Shown: positions 24,557-34,725 of the stretch, piece by piece | Layout: each line of letters begins with the position of its first letter | How positions within the stretch are numbered: the stretch's first letter is position 1 | From: Desulfocapsa sp. | GTDB lineage: Bacteria > Desulfobacterota > Desulfobulbia > Desulfobulbales > Desulfocapsaceae | Assembly: GCA_029932055.1 (NCBI GenBank) | Contig: JAOZQU010000001.1 | Location: 1 to 50,871 of the forward strand | Reading direction: 5' to 3' | DNA: 50,871 bases | Program-made: the position numbers and the translations under genes | The notes under the pieces: generated by a model | Told to the model about the DNA's origin: nothing | Database searches by the model: none | Seen by the model: the letters and a program-made list of their open reading frames with translations, nothing else

Positions 24557-25759
24557 TTATGATTCCGAGTCTTTGATACTGCAGGATTCTATATCCTGCA
24601 CCTGAAGAGAAAAAAGTCGTGTCATTCCCAGTTCGATAGGGGTTGAACGAGGAAACCAGATACGATGGCAGTTTGTCTCAACACCCCATTCATAATGGGT
24701 TTGAGTGACTTTTTGTCGAATGTCCTGAATGAAATCTTTAAAGCTTTCTTCACTGTTTCCTTCGGCATAAATCATATAGTCACAGTGTTTGCGAAACAGC
24801 ATAACTGAGCCATCATAGTTCAGCCGTTTTTTTCGATACATTGCAACTGTATCTTTAAGGCGCTGTCCTATTTCGTCATGGACTTGACTTGCCACGATCA
24901 CTCCATGGTCAACCTGGAAACGGCCCATTCCTCTAAAACTTACCAGGATCAGGAGGTAACCATCTGTTCCTTTTTCGCCAAGTACTTTGAGATTATCAAG
25001 AACCAGAAGATATCGATAATTATAGAGTTCACTTAAAGTATCTCGAAAAAAGGTATCTCTGCGAAAATGTTCTATCTCTTCCATGAAATTTCCTGTGGGA
25101 TACAGAGTAACATCTTTAAGAACCAGAGTGGAAGCGATACGGCTAAGTGCATTTACGATATCAGCATCAAGAGATCCTTTTTCTGCTTCATACTGAAGGA
25201 TGCTAAGAGCAACATTTACAGAAAAAGCGGTTTTGTATGGTCTGTTGCTGGTGAGGGCTTCAAATTCATCAGCCACTGCAGCAATACGGGAGAACGTGTC
25301 AATTTCAGAAGCGAAAAGCCCTTGAGGATAGCCGGTTCCGTCCAATCGTTCATGGTGACGCAGGATAATATTGGTGATGCGGTCATCATGGAGTCTGGGG
25401 GCAAAAAGTTTGGCGCCAATTAGAGGGTGGTATTCCATGATTCTACGATCCTGATCATTGAAAAGATCGGGTTTCAGGAGTACGGCATCCGGAATTGCTG
25501 TCTTGCCAATGTCGTGAACGAGACAGCCAAGTTCCAGGATGGTCAGCTCTTTGTCTGAAAGGTCTAGCTCTTTTCCTACAGCTTTGGCAATGTGAGCAAC
25601 ACGCAGGGTATGCTTGTAGGTGGCAAGATCTCGATTAGCGAGTACTTCATTCATGATTTCAAAGAGATCCCTGATGAGAAGATTGTTGTCGTACCCAAGG
25701 ATCTGCTCTACGTGGTCATCCTTTTTGAAATCTATTGTTTTATCGGCTTTAGTATTCAT
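24557..25759 (-). CDS. HD-GYP phosphodiesterase with degenerate GGDEF-like C-terminal region
   Basis: HTLRV, HDIGK, HHERLDGTGYP, RPYK; then DTLSELYNYRY with no GGDEF motif. Confidence 0.85.
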   Translation of the reverse strand: MNTKADKTIDFKKDDHVEQILGYDNNLLIRDLFEIMNEVLANRDLATYKHTLRVAHIAKAVGKELDLSDKELTILELGCLVHDIGKTAIPDAVLLKPDLFNDQDRRIMEYHPLIGAKLFAPRLHDDRITNIILRHHERLDGTGYPQGLFASEIDTFSRIAAVADEFEALTSNRPYKTAFSVNVALSILQYEAEKGSLDADIVNALSRIASTLVLKDVTLYPTGNFMEEIEHFRRDTFFRDTLSELYNYRYLLVLDNLKVLGEKGTDGYLLILVSFRGMGRFQVDHGVIVASQVHDEIGQRLKDTVAMYRKKRLNYDGSVMLFRKHCDYMIYAEGNSEESFKDFIQDIRQKVTQTHYEWGVETNCHRIWFPRSTPIELGMTRLFSLQVQDIESCSIKDSES

Positions 25760-25783
25760 TTTTACGGTTGTTCAGGTGGGGGT

Positions 25784-26761
25784 TCATGAGTTTTTCCGGC
25801 GTGCTGCCTTGTTTTTTTCTTTTTCCAGGTACATTGCCTGGTCAGCTTTTTGAAGAAGCGTATCAATACTCGTTCCGTCAGTTGGATAGACACTTACTCC
25901 GAGGCTGTAATGGATGGTCACGTTATAGGTTGGGCAGTGGATATCTTTCAGGATAGAAGCAAATAGTTTCTTTTTGATGATATCCACATCAGTCTCATGT
26001 TGGACATCAAAAAGTCCAACGAATTCATCACCTCCCAACCGGGCGACAATGTCGTTTTCCCTGGTCATGCCGGTCAGGGTCTGGGCCAGTTTTTTCAGGA
26101 CTGCATCGCCGGCCTCGTGACCATGGGTATCGTTGACATCTTTGAAATCATCAAGATCAATGAAGACCACAGCGAACATGCTTTTATTACGTTTTGCTTC
26201 TTTAATTGTCTGGTCGAGATGTTCCAGGAACAGGGAACGGTTAGGTAGCCCGGTAAGGAGGTCGTGGCCCGCCATGTGTTTCAGCTTTTTCTGGAGTTGT
26301 TTCAATTCAGTGATGTCCCTGTTGCTACCGCGAATTCCAAGGTTTTCACCATTTTTACCTGTAACTGTCTGACAGATATGGTGAATCCATCGTATGTTTC
26401 CTTCTTTTGTCTGGATTTTGAATTCAATGGGCGAGACCAACCCATTCTTTTCCATATTGTGGCTGTGGGCTTTCCATCTTTCCCAGTTATCCGGAGCAAT
26501 TATTTTTTGCAGAAGATCAGGGTCATTGTAAAAATCGTCAGGTTTATAGCCTGTTACTACTTTACAGGAAGGAGATACATACTTATAGTGGCCATCGGTA
26601 TCCTGCCAGTATTCCCAGTCATTGGCAAATTCTGAGATGATAAAAAGAGTTTCTTCCTGTTTACGATATTCATTTTCCAGTAACTGCAGGCGATTAATCA
26701 GTTCGCGGAGTCCATTAATGGTTTCTTCTATTTGTTGACGATGGTTGGCAAATTCAGGCAT
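25784..26761 (-). CDS. PAS-domain diguanylate cyclase
   Basis: PAS (YVSPS...TGY), DLLTGLPNR, RLGGDEF. Confidence 0.92.
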   Translation of the reverse strand: MPEFANHRQQIEETINGLRELINRLQLLENEYRKQEETLFIISEFANDWEYWQDTDGHYKYVSPSCKVVTGYKPDDFYNDPDLLQKIIAPDNWERWKAHSHNMEKNGLVSPIEFKIQTKEGNIRWIHHICQTVTGKNGENLGIRGSNRDITELKQLQKKLKHMAGHDLLTGLPNRSLFLEHLDQTIKEAKRNKSMFAVVFIDLDDFKDVNDTHGHEAGDAVLKKLAQTLTGMTRENDIVARLGGDEFVGLFDVQHETDVDIIKKKLFASILKDIHCPTYNVTIHYSLGVSVYPTDGTSIDTLLQKADQAMYLEKEKNKAARRKNS

Positions 26762-26890
26762 ATGTTGTTGTAACCCCCCTTATCAGTACCTTACTTCCTG
26801 ATTTCTGAAATAAAAAAAAGAAAATTTTGAGGCAGTGAAATTCATCAGGCTGGTAGATTTGTCTTTATCTTTTAACTGACATTCATGTCA

Positions 26891-27940
26891 TCAGTATGTT
26901 TTGGGAAGTCGAACGGTAAAAATAGAGCCTTTATCCAGGCTGCTTTTCACCGCCACCCGACCACCATGTTCCCGCACAATTGCCTTGACCGCAGCTAGTC
27001 CAAGACCATGCCCACTATTGTTTGATTTACATTGATGAAAGGCATCAAAAATATAAGGCAACTCATCAGCAGCAATACCAGGACCGTTATCCTTGACCTG
27101 AATGATTATTTCTTTGTCTGTTTTCCTTATATTGATAGTAATTTCTCCAGGTCGATGGGCGAATTTGATACTGTTATCAAGCAAATTTTCAAAAACCCGT
27201 TGCAGCTGTTTACTATCAACCTTAATGGCTTGTATGCTACCATGCTTTGAGGATATGGTTAGATTTTTTTCTGCTGCCTGGGCTTGATGCCTTATGATGA
27301 GTTGATCGATGAGTTCAGGAAGGTAGGTATATTCAAGCTGGAGTTTGATTTGATGTGTTGTTTGCCGGGAAAATTCCAAAAATGCCATGATCTGCGTCTC
27401 AAGTTGATCCCCTGCCTCACTTATAATTTTAAAATAGTGATCACGTTTTTCCGCTGACATTTCATCATAGTGTTCACGAATTCTTCTAATCAAGCCCTGC
27501 ATGGCCACCAGGGGAGATTTCATGTCATGGGCAATCATAAACTGGAAATTGTTTTTTTCTCGCTCCAGACTTTTTTCTCTGGAAATATCCTCAATAACTT
27601 CCAGATAACCGATAAAGTTTCCGGTTTCATTTTCAACGGCAGCCGTGCCGATTCTTACGGGAATATGCTCGTGAAAGCGATTGATAAATTCGGCTTCCAG
27701 GCCGGTTGCGGATTCGCCATATTTCTGCACTGTCTGCAAAGGACATTCAGAGTCACATTTACTGCTGTGTAATATTTCATTACATGGCTTACCAATAGCT
27801 TCAGTGGCTGTGAAACCTGTTAAGTGTTCTGCGTGATAATTGAATGAGGTTATTTTAAATTCTGCATCCATGGTCACCATGGCAACAGGGATGTTGTCTA
27901 AAATTAAATTGCGAACATGAGGTGTTCTGTTCACAGCCAT
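26891..27940 (-). CDS. PAS sensor histidine kinase
   Basis: AHDMKSPL H-box, NLLDNSIKF, DNGPGI, GHGLGL. Confidence 0.92.
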   Translation of the reverse strand: MAVNRTPHVRNLILDNIPVAMVTMDAEFKITSFNYHAEHLTGFTATEAIGKPCNEILHSSKCDSECPLQTVQKYGESATGLEAEFINRFHEHIPVRIGTAAVENETGNFIGYLEVIEDISREKSLEREKNNFQFMIAHDMKSPLVAMQGLIRRIREHYDEMSAEKRDHYFKIISEAGDQLETQIMAFLEFSRQTTHQIKLQLEYTYLPELIDQLIIRHQAQAAEKNLTISSKHGSIQAIKVDSKQLQRVFENLLDNSIKFAHRPGEITINIRKTDKEIIIQVKDNGPGIAADELPYIFDAFHQCKSNNSGHGLGLAAVKAIVREHGGRVAVKSSLDKGSIFTVRLPKTY

Positions 27941-27946
27941 ATCTTG

Positions 27947-28459
27947 TTATGTATCTTTGATTGTTGCTAGTTGCATACACAAGCCCTGGATAAGAGCACC
28001 AAAAAGCATATATAAGGATATAACAATGGTAAAGGTTAAGCCAAAATAGTCGATCATGATAGGCAAAAGTGGGATTTTAATGGCTCTGGAAGCGAAAAAG
28101 ACTACGATATATTCGTCCTTCATACCGTGGCTGCGCAGGTCGTCGAGCAGAGGGTACCAGGCATACATTGGCCCGTGGCTGATGACCCCTGCTGCCAAGG
28201 CCCAGAACCAACCTTTCATTCCACTTTTTTGACCCAGATGTTTGGCAATTTGTTTTGGCTTTATGAAGTAGTTAAGGGTGGCAGTAAACAGGATCACCAC
28301 GACAAAAATTGGCAGTATTTTTGTCAGGATAGTACTACTTTTTTGCAGGGCTGACAGAGCGCCGCCACTATTTACGAGAAAAAATATACCATAAAGCACA
28401 AGGACGGCCACAAGGAGATATTTACCACGAAAGGCAAAGGGTTTGTCCTGTTTTTTCAT
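27947..28459 (-). CDS. Small permease-like membrane protein (half of a split pair)
   Basis: Multiple TM segments, LG..SG.KG and SHGPMYAWYPL motifs. Confidence 0.7.
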   Translation of the reverse strand: MKKQDKPFAFRGKYLLVAVLVLYGIFFLVNSGGALSALQKSSTILTKILPIFVVVILFTATLNYFIKPKQIAKHLGQKSGMKGWFWALAAGVISHGPMYAWYPLLDDLRSHGMKDEYIVVFFASRAIKIPLLPIMIDYFGLTFTIVISLYMLFGALIQGLCMQLATIKDT

Positions 28460-28926
28460 GATAACACCTGCACGGTAATGGTGGTAAGCACTGCGGTAAT
28501 CATGGCAAAAATAAAGGCCAGGATATTCCGATAGAGGGTAAAACGTCCTCCGAATACCTCGACCTCAGCAGGTAATTGGGTAAAGCCCAGGGTTATCCAG
28601 GATAACAGAAAGGCACTTACAGCATAGAGAGAAATGCCCTGATTCAGCAGCTCACCTCCAATCAGATAGCTGACGATCGGGTTACCAACGGCTATCGCAC
28701 CAGTCAAGGTTCCCAACAATGTGTCAAACAGGGGATCTCCCTGAAACAGGGAGGCCAGCATTTTTGGCGTTACCAGAATCTGGAATATACCAACAAGGCC
28801 AATGGTCGCTAGTAACAGGGGGGCCATGGCCAGAAAAGAAAGACTGCTTTTTTGTAATACTTTTAGAAAAGAGGGTTGCTGGGGGGGGCTGTTCTGCTGC
28901 TTTTTCTGCGTATGTGGTTTTGTCAT
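28456..28926 (-). CDS. Small permease-like membrane protein (other half of the split pair)
   Basis: TM segments, GNPIVSY..GGELL..G, LPAE...G.RF...RN. Overlaps the partner gene by ATGA. Start uncertain. Confidence 0.7.
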   Translation of the reverse strand: MTKPHTQKKQQNSPPQQPSFLKVLQKSSLSFLAMAPLLLATIGLVGIFQILVTPKMLASLFQGDPLFDTLLGTLTGAIAVGNPIVSYLIGGELLNQGISLYAVSAFLLSWITLGFTQLPAEVEVFGGRFTLYRNILAFIFAMITAVLTTITVQVLS

Positions 28927-29226
28927 CTTATGTGTTCCCAAGAATGATTTGTCATAGCTTAGATTGTGAGGATATTGCAAAGATTATTTTATCATATACA
29001 CAAAATAGGACATATAGTGTTTCAAATCAAGAGTGAAATGATTATTTTCCAGTGTATCCTTTTTTGTACCGTTTTGTTTTTAAGGCATCCCTGGTTAGCA
29101 CGGGAGCAGATTTGAATTGTTTGCAGGAAAGGTAGAGAGGAGGCAAAAGAGTAATAGAAAGGAGTAGAGGTGTATGTTACAATCGTGTGATTCAATGAAT
29201 ATTTTAACATGCAAGGGAAAGGAATT

Positions 29227-29679
29227 ATGAATTCAAAAAAATATTATATGTATCTTGGTTTTTTGTTCAGTTTATATATGTTGCAGACAGGTTGTTCCAT
29301 TTCCTATTCTTTGGAACAATCATCAGATTCCGTTTCCGCAAGTCTTGAGTCCCTTACCTCCCCTTCAACCTCATCATCTGGTGGGGAAGAAGAAACGGTA
29401 AGTGCAGCAGCTACTCTATATGAAGAAGATGTGGCTGCGGTTACAGTTTTTTATCTTAGTGGCAAAAAAAATGATGATGCCTATAAACGAGAGGTTACCA
29501 GTATTGCAGAGAATCATGGAATCAGCGACTGGGAGCAGGAAGGCAGCACATTTGTCGGTATGGGCATGGGGTTGAGGCGTGCTGGAGTTGCTGAAACCTC
29601 CATTGCCGGTCTTCCTTACTTTCGTTCCATTGCTGATGGTTCAAATTATTCGCAGGTTATAAAGGGATATCAAATGTAG
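29227..29679 (+). CDS. Putative lipoprotein
   Basis: KK + hydrophobic stretch + QTGC lipobox-like site, Ser-rich linker. Confidence 0.7.
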   Translation: MNSKKYYMYLGFLFSLYMLQTGCSISYSLEQSSDSVSASLESLTSPSTSSSGGEEETVSAAATLYEEDVAAVTVFYLSGKKNDDAYKREVTSIAENHGISDWEQEGSTFVGMGMGLRRAGVAETSIAGLPYFRSIADGSNYSQVIKGYQM

Positions 29680-29764
29680 GCCTGATGATATGAAGGTCAG
29701 TTAAAAGTTAAAAATGACAAAATAAAGACAATATAACAGCATTTCAGGAGTATGGTACTTAAAG

Positions 29765-31552
29765 ATGAAATTTTGGTTTTATTTCCTGTTTTGTCTCTTT
29801 CCGGCACTGGCCTTGGCAGAAGAGAGTGCTGATCAACATGAGGAAGTCTCAATTGATTTCCTCTATATTAATAGCAATGCCGGTGAGGCTGCAGGTGGGC
29901 ATACCGCTCTACGCCTTGGTGACTCTGTTTTTCATTATCAGTTTTTTCCCGACGCCACTTTTCTACTTGTCCGTGAACCATGGGACTCCTTTCGTTTCCT
30001 CTATAACGATCTGCATAATCGAAGTATAGCCATTGCATCACTCCCGCTGGATCCTTGCGTTGCAACACAAATTAGAAATCATTTTACCGAATTACTTGTC
30101 TCTCAGCAGCAATTTTTTGATAAGTTTGAAACTCTGCGAAAGGAGGATCAGGTTATACAAAGACTATTGGGTGGGGATTTTGAGATATTTGTCAGCTGTC
30201 TTGGTTTTTTCAGCAAAACAAAACATATGGATCAGCAGAAAAATCTCTGCCATCATATAGAAACGGAATTAGGTTCAGGTTTTTTGCAAAGAGCACTGGC
30301 AAGGGCAAATAACGAATTTCAAAAGGCTGTTCATGACGTAAACAAAGGCAAGAGACCAGGACAAAGCTTTCATGAAATTCTTGACTGGCGTGAAGCTCTT
30401 CGGGTTATTATGCAGGGGCGGGATTTGAATGAGCAGGCTCTTATTCGCCCTATGAAAGAGGAAAAAGAGTTAAGCACCGGCGAAAAAGTATATCTTGAGA
30501 AGTTTGTTAAACATTTGTTCCATTCCATTGTTGAATTGCTTCAGTCATCGCGTCCGGATAGAGGAGAAACGCTGCTTTTGCAGACAGCCAGGTATCTGGC
30601 TGTGCAGCGTTCATTGGTGGTAGGGCAATTGTTGAGTTTAGATCCGTTTGTTGAAGACCTGAGAGTTGTGCAACTCACAGATGCGGAAATAGAAGGGCCC
30701 CGGCTAAAGGTTCTGCAGAATGAACTGCTGGCCAAGTCAGCAATACGCTGTGATCTGTTTTTTCAGGAAGAGGAGCATCCGGAAATGTCCTATTCACTCA
30801 TGGAGACAAGCCGGGCAAGGGCCTGGGAGTTATCACGGGTAAATGATACTCAGCGCAGTGTGAGACTCCTTACTAAGGTGATGCTTCCTTCACGTCCCGG
30901 AGTTGTTGCCATGGAATTTTTTCAGGAAAACAGAGGGAATCTGCAGACTACTGCGGAAGTACTAGACCAGGAGCTTCAGGAACTGCAGAAGAAAAGTGAA
31001 GATATGTATGGCTATAACCTTTTTTTACGCAATTGTGCCACTGAACTGATCCGGTCACTGAATACGACTTTTCCAGACAAGGAGTCAGGACAGACAGCAT
31101 TGGGTGGGTGGGTGGAAGCGGATAATGGATTGCTTTTTATTCCCTTCCTGTTCTATGAGCAGTCCCTGGCCGCATTTTCCCTTGAAGATCAGCAATTCCT
31201 GCCAGCCAGGCGTTTACGGCACCTTGAAACACTGTATGAACAGGAAAACGATATTCTGGTCTGGCTCAGAGAATCCAATACCCTGAGCTCCACCCTTTAC
31301 AAACCTCGCTCAAATGACACCCCTTTCCTGTTTTTTACCGATGATTCTTTTTTGCTGCGCCCAATTCAAGGTGTCCTGAATGTGGGCTATGCTTCGCTGC
31401 ATGGAATCGGCGGAATCGTCACACTTCCACTGGATGGTGGGAAACGTTTTAATGAGGCGGCACAGGGTATTTTTTATAGTTTACCGGAACTGGCATTTGG
31501 TAATATCAGGAAGGGGAGCTACGCCACTGGAGATTTCGTGAAAGCCCCTTAA
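29765..31552 (+). CDS. Secreted hypothetical protein with DUF4105/Lnb-like His and Cys motifs
   Basis: ALA signal; GGHTALR near the N-terminus and YNLFLRNC far downstream. Confidence 0.6.
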   Translation: MKFWFYFLFCLFPALALAEESADQHEEVSIDFLYINSNAGEAAGGHTALRLGDSVFHYQFFPDATFLLVREPWDSFRFLYNDLHNRSIAIASLPLDPCVATQIRNHFTELLVSQQQFFDKFETLRKEDQVIQRLLGGDFEIFVSCLGFFSKTKHMDQQKNLCHHIETELGSGFLQRALARANNEFQKAVHDVNKGKRPGQSFHEILDWREALRVIMQGRDLNEQALIRPMKEEKELSTGEKVYLEKFVKHLFHSIVELLQSSRPDRGETLLLQTARYLAVQRSLVVGQLLSLDPFVEDLRVVQLTDAEIEGPRLKVLQNELLAKSAIRCDLFFQEEEHPEMSYSLMETSRARAWELSRVNDTQRSVRLLTKVMLPSRPGVVAMEFFQENRGNLQTTAEVLDQELQELQKKSEDMYGYNLFLRNCATELIRSLNTTFPDKESGQTALGGWVEADNGLLFIPFLFYEQSLAAFSLEDQQFLPARRLRHLETLYEQENDILVWLRESNTLSSTLYKPRSNDTPFLFFTDDSFLLRPIQGVLNVGYASLHGIGGIVTLPLDGGKRFNEAAQGIFYSLPELAFGNIRKGSYATGDFVKAP

Positions 31553-32484
31553 CTTTGATAATGGCGTGTCATTTCCTGGATTTCCTCTGCTACGCGATTC
31601 CGAAGTGATTCAGGTGCCAGCACTTTTGCTCTTGAGCCATATTGAAGGATCTTCATGATGATTTCTCTGTCATCATTGACAGGCAGGGAAAGGGTGATTC
31701 CGTCATTATGCTCTTTGATGATCTGCTTTTCGTGCCAGTATTGTCTGCGTACCAGTTCTGCTGCTGTTCCTGTGAATGCTATTTCAGCATGGTAGCGGGT
31801 TTTTCCTGTAAAAATGCCAAAGGCTTCATCTAAATAAGATGCCTTTGCCTGGCGGGGTGGGCCACTTCTCTTGTTACCTGTTGCAGCATTTTCAATTCTT
31901 GCCATGTGAAAAAGGCGATGATCATTTCGCAGAAGACAGTATGCCAGAAGATACCAGCGTCCCTGGTAATTGATGAGTCGCTGAGGTTCTATGCTGCGAG
32001 TACTTTTTTTTGCCTCTGCAGAGCAATATTCGATTGTAAGTTCACGCTTTTTGAGTACCGCTTCAATAATGGTTTCAAAAATTGAGGGCGCAAGGGTTTC
32101 TACTTCTATCCACTGACAGAGGACATTGTCCATCAACTGGTCGTAGCCGGGGGCAATCAGTTCAGCCAGTCGTTTCTCCAGTTTCTTCATCTCCGGCAGA
32201 CTACCCAGTCCCGCCTCATCCGCCATTTTGTTCAGCAAGCCCATGAGAAAAAGTAGCCTGGGGCTGTCTTCAAAAGGCAGAGTGAAGCTATCCTCGGTAT
32301 AATAAAAACCTTTACGGCTGGAATCAAAGGCCAGGGGAGCAAGAAGCCTGTCCCGCATATAGCTGATATCGCGGTGGGCAGTGGCTCGGGAAAGTTCGAA
32401 TTCTTCGGTCAGACTGTTGGCGTTTGGGAAGCGGTTGGACTTCAGCTTTTGGTGGAAGAAATAGATACGCTCAAGACGACTCAT
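31549..32484 (-). CDS. WYL-domain transcriptional regulator (wHTH-WYL-WCX)
   Basis: S.ATAHRDISYMRD HTH; P..L....GRWYLLAYC...R.F...RI; V.AP..LR. Confidence 0.92.
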   Translation of the reverse strand: MSRLERIYFFHQKLKSNRFPNANSLTEEFELSRATAHRDISYMRDRLLAPLAFDSSRKGFYYTEDSFTLPFEDSPRLLFLMGLLNKMADEAGLGSLPEMKKLEKRLAELIAPGYDQLMDNVLCQWIEVETLAPSIFETIIEAVLKKRELTIEYCSAEAKKSTRSIEPQRLINYQGRWYLLAYCLLRNDHRLFHMARIENAATGNKRSGPPRQAKASYLDEAFGIFTGKTRYHAEIAFTGTAAELVRRQYWHEKQIIKEHNDGITLSLPVNDDREIIMKILQYGSRAKVLAPESLRNRVAEEIQEMTRHYQS

Positions 32485-33939
32485 TTATCTTGGCTTGCGA
32501 CGATGTTTCACAGGGAGGATTTTTAACTGTTCCCGATATTTGGCTACGGTACGACGGGCAATTTCGATGTTATTTTCTTTGAGTTTCAGCGATATAGAGT
32601 TGTCGCTCAATGGCTTGTAAGGATCTTCCTCCTGAATCATCTTACGGATACGTTCCCGGATGGATTCAGCAGCAAGTGCCTCTGCACCCTGCCTTGGAAT
32701 GGCAGTGGAGAAAAAGTATTTCAGCTCATAAATTCCTAACGGGGTATGCACATATTTATTTGAAGTTACCCGGCTGATGGTGGATTCGTGCATCTCAATA
32801 TCTTCTGCAACATCGCGCAAAATCAGGGGCTTTAATTTTGTTGCGCCATGTTCAAAAAAGTCACTTTGGAATTTGAGAATGGAGTCCATAACCTTGAATA
32901 TTGTTCGTTGACGCTGATGTAGAGATTTTATAAACCATCCGGCATCTTTGAGTTTTTCTTTTATATATTTTTTCGAACTTTTATCCATGTCTTCACCTGA
33001 TTGCAGTAATTCCTGCAACCCGGAGGAGAGCTTCAAATTTGGAATATCTTCTTCATTAAGATGGACGACAAACTCTCCATCAATTTTTCGTACATAGACA
33101 TCCGGTACAATATAATTGGTGGCGTCGGTGCTGTAGGGGAGACCGGGATAGGGAGTGAGTTCTGTTGTGATAAATTCAATTGCTTTGACAACTTCAGCTC
33201 TTTTGCGACCGGTAGCCTGACAGATTGCTTTGTAATTACGGGTCTGCATGAAATCAAGGTGCTTTTCCACGATTTCGCAAGCCAGCGAATTTTTCATTCC
33301 CATTCGTTCCAGCTGCAGGGAAAGAGATTCACTCACGTCTCGCGCTGCAATGCCTGGAGGATCAAGATCCTGAATAACTTCAAGAATATATTCTGCGGAA
33401 TCATGGTCGCATTTTGTGGCTTCCATGACTTCTTCCAGGCTGCACTCCAGAAACCCATAATGATTAAGATTGCCGGCAATGAAAAGAGCGGTATCCCATT
33501 CATCACTGTCAAGTTCAGAGTGGGCAAGCTGCCATTGTAAATAGGCGAGAAGACCAGGCTTTTCAGATATAAAATCAAATTGACTGGGGGCATCAGCGGG
33601 TGGTGTTTCCTGGGAAAAGGAGACATTGCTGTCAAAGGTGTTGGCGTAATCTTCCCAGTTGGTTTCAGGAATAGTATCTTCGGCTTTGACCTGCGCGGTG
33701 TGATCCTGTTCTATCTGCTCTCCCTTTTGTTCCACCGTCGAAGAAAGGCTTTGTTGATTCTCCCCGACGTCCTGATTCCTCTCAACTTCTTCAAGGCCTG
33801 GATTTTTTTCAATTTCAGCCTGCAGGGCATCGCCCAGCTCCAGCCGGTTCATCTGCAGCAGCTTGATGGCAAGACGCAACTGAGGCGTCATTACCAGTTT
33901 CTGTGTCAGCTTCAGCTGTTGTCTGAGTTCAAGGGCCAT
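32485..33939 (-). CDS. rpoN: RNA polymerase sigma-54 factor
   Basis: MALELRQQLKLTQKLVMTPQL region I, HESTISR, RpoN box ARRTVAKYRE. Confidence 0.98.
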   Translation of the reverse strand: MALELRQQLKLTQKLVMTPQLRLAIKLLQMNRLELGDALQAEIEKNPGLEEVERNQDVGENQQSLSSTVEQKGEQIEQDHTAQVKAEDTIPETNWEDYANTFDSNVSFSQETPPADAPSQFDFISEKPGLLAYLQWQLAHSELDSDEWDTALFIAGNLNHYGFLECSLEEVMEATKCDHDSAEYILEVIQDLDPPGIAARDVSESLSLQLERMGMKNSLACEIVEKHLDFMQTRNYKAICQATGRKRAEVVKAIEFITTELTPYPGLPYSTDATNYIVPDVYVRKIDGEFVVHLNEEDIPNLKLSSGLQELLQSGEDMDKSSKKYIKEKLKDAGWFIKSLHQRQRTIFKVMDSILKFQSDFFEHGATKLKPLILRDVAEDIEMHESTISRVTSNKYVHTPLGIYELKYFFSTAIPRQGAEALAAESIRERIRKMIQEEDPYKPLSDNSISLKLKENNIEIARRTVAKYREQLKILPVKHRRKPR

Positions 33940-33998
33940 AGGTATCAGAAGCTTTTCTTTTTGCGTGTAAAACGCCAATCTGTTTTTTCATCTGACAT

Positions 33999-34721
33999 TT
34001 ACATTGAAAAATTTTCGCCAAGATACATCTTTCGGGCGACTTCACTTTCAATTATATCATCTGCGACGCCGCTGGTCAAAATTTGTCCTGCATTCATGAT
34101 GTAGGCAAAGTCACAGACCTGCAGCGTTTCCCGGACATTGTGATCTGAGATCAGGACTCCCAGACCTTTGGCCTTCAGTCCGATGATGATTTTTTGCAGG
34201 TCGGCCACTGCAAGGGGGTCGATGCCGGCGAAGGGTTCATCAAGGAGGATGAAATTCGGTTTGGTGGCAAGGGCACGCATGATTTCAACCCTGCGTCGTT
34301 CACCGCCGGACAGGGCATGGCCTTTATTATTTCTCAGGTATTCAATTTTTAGATCAGACATCAGTTCGTCGATCCGGTTGTTGATTTCGTTTTTTGGAAG
34401 TCCTAATGGCTCGAGGATAATACGAACATTCTCTTCCACTGTCAGTTTTTTAAAGACAGAAGGTTCCTGGGCAAGATACGAGAGACCCTTTTGAGCGCGT
34501 TTGTGAATGGGAAGCTTGGTAATGTCTTCGCCATTGAGTAGAACACGGCCGCCATCAGGGCGGATAAACCCGGCAATGGAATAAAATGAAGTGGTCTTGC
34601 CTGCTCCATTTGGGCCCAACAGGCCGACAATAACACCAGTGTTAACCTGTAGGCTTACCCCATCGACAACAGTACGGCTACGGTAACGCTTGATGATTTT
34701 ATCGGTTTCCAGCTGAGCCAT
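33999..34721 (-). CDS. lptB: LPS export ABC ATP-binding protein
   Basis: GPNGAGKTT, LSGGERRRVEI, DEPFAGIDP, DHNVRETL, YLGENF; upstream of rpoN. Confidence 0.96.
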   Translation of the reverse strand: MAQLETDKIIKRYRSRTVVDGVSLQVNTGVIVGLLGPNGAGKTTSFYSIAGFIRPDGGRVLLNGEDITKLPIHKRAQKGLSYLAQEPSVFKKLTVEENVRIILEPLGLPKNEINNRIDELMSDLKIEYLRNNKGHALSGGERRRVEIMRALATKPNFILLDEPFAGIDPLAVADLQKIIIGLKAKGLGVLISDHNVRETLQVCDFAYIMNAGQILTSGVADDIIESEVARKMYLGENFSM

Positions 34722-34725
34722 AATA

